Assembly: GCA_023819145.1 (NCBI GenBank)
Contig: JAMWCW010000008.1
Span: 5,584 to 69,583 of the forward strand
Reading direction: 5' to 3'
DNA: 64,000 nucleotides
Origin: Candidatus Omnitrophota bacterium
GTDB taxonomy: Bacteria > Omnitrophota > Gorgyraeia > DTHP01
Position 1 is the stretch's first letter. Every line of letters begins with the position of its first letter. Below the pieces are notes generated by a model, which saw nothing but the letters and a program-made list of their open reading frames with translations, was not told where the DNA came from and did no database searches. Shown here piece after piece: positions 19,757-27,369 of the stretch. A program made the position numbers and the translations under genes.

Positions 19757-19827
19757 TTAAAAATAGTTTAATAGTTAAATGGAAAAATCTATTTAATTTG
19801 TCATTTTAACAAATTACCTTTTAACCC
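19754..19827. repeat. Intergenic ~8-nt-period inverted repeat element, copy 3
   Basis: TAGTTAAA-like units ... TTTAACAA ATTACCT TTTAACCC. Confidence 0.55.
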
Positions 19828-19847
19828 GTACTGACGAAGGAGAGATA

Positions 19848-21554
19848 ATGGCAATAAGAGAAACTTTAAAATTAGGAGAGATGTTAATTGAGGCAGGGGT
19901 AATTACTCCTGAACAACTAGATGCGGGGCTAAAAGAACACAAAAGAACCAAGGAATTTTTAGGGATTACTTTAGTGAAAATGGGGTTTGTAAGCGAAGAG
20001 GTTCTTTTCCCTATTCTTTCCAAACAATTAGGCATTCCTTTTGTGCGCATAAGAGAAACCAAGATAGAGCCAGAGATTATCAAAAAGGTTCCCGCAAAAT
20101 TTGCTTCTTACTATAAACTTATGCCCGTTAAGATGGAAAATGGAATACTGGTGGTTGCGGTGACTGATCCTTTGGATATTCATACCATTGACGATATAAG
20201 ACTACTTTTAGGCTACGAGGTAAAACCGGTTTTAGCAGGAGAAAAAGATATCATTGAGGGGATAAAAAAATATTATGGCGTAGGCGCGGGAACAGTAGAG
20301 AAAATGATGGAGAAGACAGTAGTTGAGGAGACAGAGAAAGTTACGGAAGTAGTAACTGAAGAAGTAGAGGAGTTGGCGGAAGACGCTTCGGTAATAAAAT
20401 TTGTTAATCAATTGCTTACTCAAGCAGTAGAAGAGCGGGCTACCGATGTGCATATTGAACCCTACGAAGATGAGCTTAAAGTGCGTTTTCGTATAGACGG
20501 GGTTTTAAACGACATCTCTGTCCCGGCGGGAATTCGCCATTTTGCTTCGGCAATTGTTTCCCGCATCAAAATTATGTCTAATTTGAATATTGCTGAACGC
20601 CGACTTCCTCAGGATGGAAGAATAATTATTAAGATTAAAGGAAAAGATTACGACCTGCGTATTTCTATTATTCCCTGTGTTTTTGGAGAAAGTGTAGTGA
20701 TAAGAATCTTAAGCCCGGGGATGCTTTATAGCCTGGAAGAGCTTGGTCTTTCGGAGCGAGATTTAAAAATCCTTGAAGAAATGATTGCTAAGCCGCATGG
20801 GATTATCTTTAATACCGGACCCACCGGAAGCGGAAAGACCACTACTCTCTATGCCTGTCTAAATAAGATAAATAAACCCGGGATAAAGATTATTACCATT
20901 GAAGACCCTGTAGAATACCAACTAAAAGGGATAGTGCAACTGCAGGTTCATCCCAAGATTGGCTTTACCTTTGCAGCAGGGTTGCGTTCGATATTAAGAC
21001 ATGACCCCGATGTAATCATGGTGGGAGAAGTGCGTGATTTAGAAACTGCGGAGACCGCTATTCGCGTGGCTTTGACCGGGCATCTTGTGTTTTCTACCTT
21101 ACATACCAATGACGCGAGTGGAGGAGTTACCCGCTTAATTGATATGGGCATTGAACCATTTTTGGTCGCTTCTTCTGTAGAATGTATTATTGCTCAGCGC
21201 TTAGTAAGACTAATTTGTCCTGATTGTAAAAAAGCGATAAAGCCCAGTAAAGATGTATTGGAGGAATTAGAAGTAATGGAGAATGTAGATATTGACAAAA
21301 TAACCATCTTTGAAGGTAAGGGATGTGAAAAATGCAAGTTTACCGGCTATCGGGGAAGAACGGGAATCTATGAATTTTTAGTTATCAATAATGAAATAAG
21401 AAAAATGATTATGGAGCGACTTTCCAGCGACCAGATTAAGAAAAAGGCAATGGAGATGGGAATGCGTACTCTGCGTCAGGATGGCTGGGAAAAAGTGCTT
21501 AAGGGTCTCACTACCCCGGCAGAAGTAATGCGTGTCACTCAGCGCGAGGAGTAA
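19848..21554 (+). CDS. gspE: Type II secretion/pilus ATPase GspE/PilB
   Basis: GPTGSGKTT, EDPVE, DPDVIMVGEVRD, Zn CxxC pairs; MshEN-like N-terminus. Confidence 0.95.
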   Translation: MAIRETLKLGEMLIEAGVITPEQLDAGLKEHKRTKEFLGITLVKMGFVSEEVLFPILSKQLGIPFVRIRETKIEPEIIKKVPAKFASYYKLMPVKMENGILVVAVTDPLDIHTIDDIRLLLGYEVKPVLAGEKDIIEGIKKYYGVGAGTVEKMMEKTVVEETEKVTEVVTEEVEELAEDASVIKFVNQLLTQAVEERATDVHIEPYEDELKVRFRIDGVLNDISVPAGIRHFASAIVSRIKIMSNLNIAERRLPQDGRIIIKIKGKDYDLRISIIPCVFGESVVIRILSPGMLYSLEELGLSERDLKILEEMIAKPHGIIFNTGPTGSGKTTTLYACLNKINKPGIKIITIEDPVEYQLKGIVQLQVHPKIGFTFAAGLRSILRHDPDVIMVGEVRDLETAETAIRVALTGHLVFSTLHTNDASGGVTRLIDMGIEPFLVASSVECIIAQRLVRLICPDCKKAIKPSKDVLEELEVMENVDIDKITIFEGKGCEKCKFTGYRGRTGIYEFLVINNEIRKMIMERLSSDQIKKKAMEMGMRTLRQDGWEKVLKGLTTPAEVMRVTQREE

Positions 21555-21557
21555 CAC

Positions 21558-21728
21558 CTGCAACAAAAGTTCCACCCCGTAACTATAGTTACCTGTCATA
21601 ACTTCAATCATATTAGTGATTTACATTCATAATTCTTATTCTGCAACAAAAGTTTACAACTTTTTAAAATTTTTTTATTTCGGAAAATAAAATTTACGAA
21701 CATAACTAAAATTTACATATTTATGTAA
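21558..21728. promoter_or_regulatory. Candidate enhancer-binding-protein sites
   Basis: Direct repeat CTGCAACAAAAGTT (21558-71, 21641-54); palindrome GTAACTATAGTTAC (21579-92); TTACATA-tt-TATGTAA (21713-28). Confidence 0.45.
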
Positions 21729-21789
21729 CATCTTGGTGAACATCAACTTAGGAATGGTTATTTCATCAGGCTAAAGTTCATTTCTTATC

Positions 21790-21805
21790 TGGCACAGAAA
21801 TTGCT
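21790..21805 (+). promoter_or_regulatory. sigma54 (-24/-12) promoter
   Basis: TGGCACAGAAATTGCT with exact GG-N10-GC spacing. Confidence 0.8.
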
Positions 21806-21841
21806 TATTTTCAGGTGAGGCTCAAATAAAGGAGGCGTAAA

Positions 21842-21901
21842 ATGAAGGGGTGGAGGAAAGAAAGAAGGGGAAAGAAAGGAAAGAAACTCTTTGAGCCTTA
21901 A
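21842..21901 (+). other. Possible 19-aa upstream ORF MKGWRKERRGKKGKKLFEP
   Basis: AAGGAGG RBS then ATG; followed by GC hairpin CCGGCCC-tttg-GGGCCGG. Confidence 0.3.
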
Positions 21902-21958
21902 AAAAATTCTCCCCCCCCGGCCCTTTGGGGCCGGAGGGATAAACAAAAAGGGGGTAAA

Positions 21959-24745
21959 ATGGATAAGAAAAGTAGGGGAAGAAAGCGTGGGGGGATAAAA
22001 TTTTTAAAGGGGGCGATTGAGATGAAAAAGAGAATTTATAACAAAAGAGGAGAAATTTTAAATCGCCTGTTTTTAGGATTAGGAGTGGTAATTTTGGGGT
22101 TAGCTTTAGCCATTGGGATAAAGGCTCTATTCTTTAAAGGAGTTTCTCCACTACAAGAGATGGCAAAAATTGAAGAGCCGGAAAAGGAGGAAACTCGGGA
22201 GATTGCCAAGGAAGAGCTTGCTTTAGAGGAGAATTCTTTTGAAATTCCTAAGCCGGCAATTACTAAATTAGAAAAACCTGTCAAAATGATAACTGAAAAG
22301 GTAGATGTTGTAGCATATTTAAAGGAAAGAGGTTTAGAGATTAAAGAAGTAAAGCCTAAAGAAACCTTAAACAGACTTCTTGCCCAACATCCGGAAATTA
22401 CCCAGAAGGCAAGAGAATATCTAGATAAAACTGATTTACTTCTTACTAAACCTGGTTCTTATGTTCCTGGCGAAATAATGATAAGGCAAGTTTTGCCCGA
22501 GGGGAAAATAGAATATACAAAACTTAAAGTAGAGGAAGGAAGGGAGCGGGAAGCAATCAAAGAGGCTAATAATATTGAAGGAGTAGAAGCCTATTTAAAT
22601 AGAATAATTCCTATCACTTTATTAAAACGTTATAATCTTCCTTCTCTGCCCAAACCACCTGTGGTTAAACCAGTGGTTAGTGATTATTGGCCTAATGACC
22701 CGGATTATTTGGAAGGAAAACAATGGGCGCTAGAGGTATTGGAGATAGCCGATGCGTGGGAAGTGGTAAAGGAGTATTATGAAAAAAGTTGCGAACAACT
22801 TCATACTGCTACAAGTTCCGATAGTAGAGGAGTTAAGACATTAGTAATCAGAACCAATTCAACACCACCTCCTCCTGAGCCAATTCCTATTTGCGAAGCT
22901 AACTATCCGGAAATAAAAATAGCCATTATTGATACGGGTTGTGACCTTAACCATCCGGATTTAGCGGAAAACATTGATAAAGATTTAGATTACGATTTTG
23001 TAAATGACGACCAAGAAGCAGATGATGATAATGGCCATGGCACACATTTAACAGGAATCATTGGTGCGGTAATAAATAATGGAATTGGCATTGCGGGAAT
23101 TGTCCCTACCCCAAAACTCATTATTATCAAAGCACTGGATGCTGAAGGAGAGCAGGTAGAGGCTGATGTGTTAGCTGAGGCTATAGCTTATGCGATTGAA
23201 AAAGAAGCGAGAATTATCAACATGTCGTGGGGAACTTGGGAGGATTTGATGGAAGAGCCAGTTTTAGAAGATGCTTTTGAACTTGCCTTTTCCAGTGATA
23301 TTTTATTAGTAGCCGCAGCGGGAAATCATGCCGGTAAAGGAAGAAATGGAGAAGATTGTGTTTTATATCCGGCAAGATATAGAAAGGTTTTGGGTGTAGG
23401 AGGGACCGATTTTGTGGATGAACGCTGGGAAACTGCAGAACGAGATTATGGAGGAACGGCTACTGATAATCCTTGGTATGGAAAACCATTCGAGAGTGCT
23501 TATGGAGAAGGGGTAGATATTTTTGCACCGGCAGGGGATAAATTAGAGGGAGACATTTATAGTACACTACCTGACGATACTTACGGTTATTTAGCAGGGA
23601 CATCTATGTCCAGTGCTTTTGTTACAGGGATTGCGGGTTTGATTTTAACCTTAAATCCTGAACTTGACAAAGATACGCTACGAGAGTTAATCCTTGCTAC
23701 TGCTGAAGAAATAGAAATTGAGGGAACACTAGCAAAAAGAATCAATGCTTACAATGCGGTAGAAGAAGCATTTTCTTTCTCTATAAAGGAAGAAGATAAC
23801 GAAGATGAAGAAGAAGATAATGAAGAAGCTGAAGAAGAAGATAATGAAGAAGCTGAAGGAACTGTTCCTGAAGATGAAATTTGGATTAAGGGTAAAGTAA
23901 CGGAAGATGGAGAAGCTAAAGAAGGAATTACTGTTAAACTTATGTTAAAAGACAAAAATGATGAAAACAGGCAAACCCAGGAAGCCAAGACCGATAAAGA
24001 TGGGAAATACTTGATAAAATTCACTAAACTGGATAAAACTAAAAAATATAATTTAGACCGCCTTGAGCCTAAAAAACAAACTAATGTTCTAAGAAATTTA
24101 GAGCCAGGAAAGGAGTATACGCATGATATTACGTTTGATATTATAGGATATGGAGGAGGAGGTGAAGAATGTGATAAGGCAAGCTGCAGCAAGTCCATTA
24201 CTGGTCAGGGAATGAGTTGCAGATGTACAATAAGAGGTTGTGAATGTAAAACTTCAAATGAGTGGGAGGAATATTGTAGAGGAACATGTTCAGACTGGGT
24301 TGCGGTAACATGTGGAGATGGTAAAACAAAATGGGTAAGATGGTGTGCTCCTGGTTGTGAAGGAAGCTACTCAGGAGGAGATCCCTACGAATATAGTAGT
24401 GAAGGAGAACCAGGAAGAGATTCTTATACTGCAGAATGTAAAAATGGAGAGAGAGATGAAGTGGGCAACGTATGCATGTTCGGTAAGTGGTGTGGTCCTG
24501 GTTCAAATATATTGGAAGGATGTACCCCCAAAAAACCGACACCTACGCCGACACCGACGCCGACACCTACGCCGACACCTACGCCGACACCTACGCCTAC
24601 GCCGACACCTACGCCGACGCCGACACCTACACCGACACCGACGCCGACACCGACACCGACACCAGAAGGAACACCGACACCGACGCCAGAAGGAACAACC
24701 GACGCCGACACCGACGCCGACACCGACACAACGCTATGCGAGTGA
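21959..24745 (+). CDS. Membrane-anchored/secreted S8 subtilase with acidic, Cys-rich and Pro-Thr regions
   Basis: Catalytic IDTG, NGHGTH, AAAGN, GTSMS; N-terminal TM; alternative start ATG 22022. Confidence 0.9.
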   Translation: MDKKSRGRKRGGIKFLKGAIEMKKRIYNKRGEILNRLFLGLGVVILGLALAIGIKALFFKGVSPLQEMAKIEEPEKEETREIAKEELALEENSFEIPKPAITKLEKPVKMITEKVDVVAYLKERGLEIKEVKPKETLNRLLAQHPEITQKAREYLDKTDLLLTKPGSYVPGEIMIRQVLPEGKIEYTKLKVEEGREREAIKEANNIEGVEAYLNRIIPITLLKRYNLPSLPKPPVVKPVVSDYWPNDPDYLEGKQWALEVLEIADAWEVVKEYYEKSCEQLHTATSSDSRGVKTLVIRTNSTPPPPEPIPICEANYPEIKIAIIDTGCDLNHPDLAENIDKDLDYDFVNDDQEADDDNGHGTHLTGIIGAVINNGIGIAGIVPTPKLIIIKALDAEGEQVEADVLAEAIAYAIEKEARIINMSWGTWEDLMEEPVLEDAFELAFSSDILLVAAAGNHAGKGRNGEDCVLYPARYRKVLGVGGTDFVDERWETAERDYGGTATDNPWYGKPFESAYGEGVDIFAPAGDKLEGDIYSTLPDDTYGYLAGTSMSSAFVTGIAGLILTLNPELDKDTLRELILATAEEIEIEGTLAKRINAYNAVEEAFSFSIKEEDNEDEEEDNEEAEEEDNEEAEGTVPEDEIWIKGKVTEDGEAKEGITVKLMLKDKNDENRQTQEAKTDKDGKYLIKFTKLDKTKKYNLDRLEPKKQTNVLRNLEPGKEYTHDITFDIIGYGGGGEECDKASCSKSITGQGMSCRCTIRGCECKTSNEWEEYCRGTCSDWVAVTCGDGKTKWVRWCAPGCEGSYSGGDPYEYSSEGEPGRDSYTAECKNGERDEVGNVCMFGKWCGPGSNILEGCTPKKPTPTPTPTPTPTPTPTPTPTPTPTPTPTPTPTPTPTPTPTPTPEGTPTPTPEGTTDADTDADTDTTLCE
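23807..23854 (+). repeat. 24-bp tandem repeat encoding EEEDNEEA x2
   Basis: gaagaagaagataatgaagaagct occurs twice. Confidence 0.85.
24536..24728 (+). repeat. Hexanucleotide-period repeat encoding a Pro-Thr linker
   Basis: (CCGACA/CCTACG/CCGACG)n. Confidence 0.95.
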
Positions 24746-24749
24746 AACA

Positions 24750-24968
24750 AAAAGGGGTCAGACCCCTTTTGGCAATTTTTTTCAAAAAAGTGCCTGACCC
24801 CATATCTTGCTGACCCCATATCTATATCTTTACTTTTTGCTTTTACACCCCTTAAAATTTACACTTGACAATTCTTATGATTGTGTTATACTTTATTAAA
24901 AAGGGCCTAAAAAAGGGGCCTGACCCCTTTTTGACATAAGAATCCTGACCCCTTTTTGACATAAGAAT
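24750..24968. repeat. Cluster of REP-like GGGGTCAGACCCC / CTGACCCC repeats
   Basis: Palindrome 24750-70; CTGACCCCATATCT x2 (24794, 24810); GGGGCCTGACCCC 24915-27; 25-bp tandem duplication 24919-68. Confidence 0.7.
24865..24892 (+). promoter_or_regulatory. Orphan sigma70 promoter
   Basis: TTGACA-N16-TATACT with TG extension; no plus-strand ORF of 60 aa or more for ~1.7 kb downstream. Confidence 0.55.
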
Positions 24969-25014
24969 CTTCCTTCAAAATTTAAGTTTAGATTTTCTCC
25001 TGCCACGTAGTCTG
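24962..25014 (-). pseudogene. Remnant of a paralog of the outer-membrane barrel gene
   Basis: 47/53 identity to 25546-25598; reads DYVAGENLNLNFEGRFL versus DYLAGESINLNFEGRFL. Confidence 0.75.
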
Positions 25015-25189
25015 ACAAATGTTAGATAAAGAGGTTTTTTAGTTAAATGGTGAGCTTTAAAATTTTAATTTTTTAATTAGGCGTGTTTATGACGCTTTTC
25101 TGAAATATATTCAGTAATTTTGGCAAAGAGGAAGAGAATTAACATTATTATTCCCACACCTAATAACGCAATTTCTGTGATAGCCATTA

Positions 25190-25381
25190 TTAATCCTCCT
25201 TCAATGGAAGGGTTAGGAATCCGATAATTCCCATAGCTAAAGCTAAACAAATTCCTAACACTAAGATACGCAAATTAATCTTTTCCGAGAATAAAGTACC
25301 AATAACTATGATTGTAACAATATACTTTGCTACATCAATAAACATTTTTCCTAATTCTATTCTTCGAAAATAATATTTCAT
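25190..25381 (-). CDS. Small two-TM protein (DUF6722-like)
   Basis: ELGKMFIDVAKY pattern; own promoter TTGACA-N17-TAAACT at 25425-25397. Confidence 0.6.
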   Translation of the reverse strand: MKYYFRRIELGKMFIDVAKYIVTIIVIGTLFSEKINLRILVLGICLALAMGIIGFLTLPLKED

Positions 25382-25503
25382 TCTTTTATCAAAGTTAGTT
25401 TAACAAAACAATAAAAATATGTCAAGAAATTTAAAACTCTCTTTGTAAAGTTTTAAGAATCGCAGAGTATCTTTTTAGCAATTAAGAAATTGAGAATAGT
25501 TTT

Positions 25504-26313
25504 TTAAAACACCCAATTTACGGCAAAGCTTCCCGCAGTTTCATCTAAGAATCTCCCTTCAAAGTTTAAGTTTATGCTTTCTCCTGCCAAGTAGTCTGTT
25601 CCCAAGAAGATGCCAAAGTTTTTATCTGCTTCGTATTTGTTATTATCTGCCCAGCCTGAGTCTTTGGGTTCTTTTATGGTGGTGCGCATATCAGAGTATC
25701 TTATGCCAAAATAAGGAGTAAAATTATTAATTTTTTTAGCCAGATAAGGAGCAATATGCCATTCTTGGACCACAAAAGATTTATACTTTGTAGAATTGCC
25801 CTCTTCATTTAATTTTGCTTTACTTTGCGATCTTAAATACTGCAAATCACAGCCCACCATCCAGTCGTTTAACCAGTCGCTCTTAAACCAATATCCTCGA
25901 TAATTATTTTTGTTAAAACGATAGACTCCTTTTAGCCCTAATCCATAAGTAACTCCCAAGTCAGTATTAAATTTATCGGTAGCAGTTTTTACACCGCCGT
26001 TGTAGATTTCGTCTTTTAAAGTATAATCCGCTACGCCTAATTTTAGATAAGCCTCCAGATTATCTAAAAGCCCATAAGAAGCTTTTACTGTAGCTTGGTA
26101 AGTTTTATTTATTTTTGCATTTTTTATCTCATCTCCTACGAGAAGGCCCGAGGAACTTTTAAAATTCAATTTCCTCTCAAAAATGAATGAAGAATCCACC
26201 CCCACCCCTAACCTACCTTGTCCCTGCGTTTCTGCACCTCCAATGCTTGCGCCATGAGCAAGAGTAGGAAGAAAAATTAAAACCACCATACTTAAGAAAA
26301 ATATTTTTTTCAT
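25504..26313 (-). CDS. Outer-membrane beta-barrel protein
   Basis: Signal peptide, alternating amphipathic strands, C-terminal aromatic (NWVF); GGAGG RBS. Confidence 0.75.
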   Translation of the reverse strand: MKKIFFLSMVVLIFLPTLAHGASIGGAETQGQGRLGVGVDSSFIFERKLNFKSSSGLLVGDEIKNAKINKTYQATVKASYGLLDNLEAYLKLGVADYTLKDEIYNGGVKTATDKFNTDLGVTYGLGLKGVYRFNKNNYRGYWFKSDWLNDWMVGCDLQYLRSQSKAKLNEEGNSTKYKSFVVQEWHIAPYLAKKINNFTPYFGIRYSDMRTTIKEPKDSGWADNNKYEADKNFGIFLGTDYLAGESINLNFEGRFLDETAGSFAVNWVF

Positions 26314-26449
26314 TCTTCTTCCTCCTTTTTTATAGGATTTTATAGGAAAGTTAAGGAGTTAAATTGAAATTTAATAGAGTTCTTTCTCCATCACCTCCTT
26401 TTTTAGGATAAATATAAATTTAGAAATAACTTGCATAAAATTTGAAATT

Positions 26450-26479
26450 ATTATAAAGCAAAATAAATTGTTTTGTCAA
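26450..26479 (-). promoter_or_regulatory. sigma70 promoter for the OMP gene
   Basis: TTGACA-N18-TATAAT on the minus strand. Confidence 0.6.
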
Positions 26480-26503
26480 GAAAAAAATTACCTTAAACCC
26501 CCT

Positions 26504-26546
26504 GCCCACCTCGTAGGTGGACTTTCTTCCCACCTACGAGGTGGGC
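26504..26546. repeat. 17-bp perfect inverted repeat whose arms are themselves hairpins
   Basis: GCCCACCTCGTAGGTGG-N9-CCACCTACGAGGTGGGC. Confidence 0.8.
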
Positions 26547-26601
26547 TATATGGGTGTTTAATTTCTTGTTAGCTTTCTTATTTTCTGTTATAATTTTTCC
26601 C

Positions 26602-27357
26602 ATGAGTTTTGTGGTCGTTATCCCTATTTACAATGAAAAAGAACACATAAAGCCTCTGATTAAAGAGATTTTAGCAGTGGAAAATGTTTCTAAAATTATT
26701 GTCATTGACGATAATTCTTCCGATGGGACGGGAGGAGTTTTAGATGAACTCAAAGAGGAAGTTTGGCAATTAAAAGTTATACATCGTCCTCAAAAATTGG
26801 GTTTAGGAACCGCTTATATTGAAGGATTTAGACTTGCTTTAAAAGAAGATTGTAATTTTATTCTTCAGATGGATGGAGATTTTTCTCATGACCCAAAATA
26901 CATTCCTCAAATGCTTGAAGCTATAAAGACTTGCGATTTGGTGATTGGTTCACGCTATATTTCGCAAGGAGGAATTAAAAATTGGAGCCTTTGGCGGAGA
27001 TTATTAAGTAAAGTAGCAAGTATTTATGTCCGCATCATCACAAAAATGCCTCTTAATGATCCCACTAGTGGTTTTAAATGTTTTAGGAGAAAAGTTCTGG
27101 AAAAAATTACTTTGGATAAAATACACTCGCAGGGTTATGCTTTTCAAATCGAAATGAATTATTTAGTCTGGGGAAATAATTTTCGCATTAAAGAAATTCC
27201 CATTGTTTTTTACGAACGAAAAAGAGGAAAATCAAAACTTAACCTGAGAATAATTCTTGAAGCCATGTGGCGTGTCTGGGAACTACGTTTTGGAAACGAA
27301 ATGATTCGAAGAATAACGAATCGTACAATGATATTTGGATTATTCGTTGTCATTTGA
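26602..27357 (+). CDS. Polyprenol monophosphomannose synthase (Ppm1/Dpm1-like GT2)
   Basis: IPIYNE, KLGLGTAY, QMDGDFSHDP, GYAFQIE; probable start ATG 26602. Confidence 0.85.
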   Translation: MSFVVVIPIYNEKEHIKPLIKEILAVENVSKIIVIDDNSSDGTGGVLDELKEEVWQLKVIHRPQKLGLGTAYIEGFRLALKEDCNFILQMDGDFSHDPKYIPQMLEAIKTCDLVIGSRYISQGGIKNWSLWRRLLSKVASIYVRIITKMPLNDPTSGFKCFRRKVLEKITLDKIHSQGYAFQIEMNYLVWGNNFRIKEIPIVFYERKRGKSKLNLRIILEAMWRVWELRFGNEMIRRITNRTMIFGLFVVI

Positions 27358-27369
27358 TACTCTCGTTGA

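Noticed and set aside
24478-24503. GKWCGPG as a phospholipase A2 calcium loop
   Set aside because: No downstream CxxHD catalytic motif.
24345-24819. Alternative-frame ORFs (RRH-, GV- and TDAD-rich)
   Set aside because: Stop-free artefacts of the PT repeat.
24794-24968. CRISPR array
   Set aside because: Repeats are short, irregular and lack unique spacers; no cas genes.
24962-25598. DGR template/variable repeat pair
   Set aside because: Mismatches are not adenine-specific and no reverse transcriptase is nearby.
26371-26400. Minus-strand AAGGAGGTG followed by a 6-codon ORF MEKELY
   Set aside because: RBS-ATG spacing is too short and the ORF too small to support.
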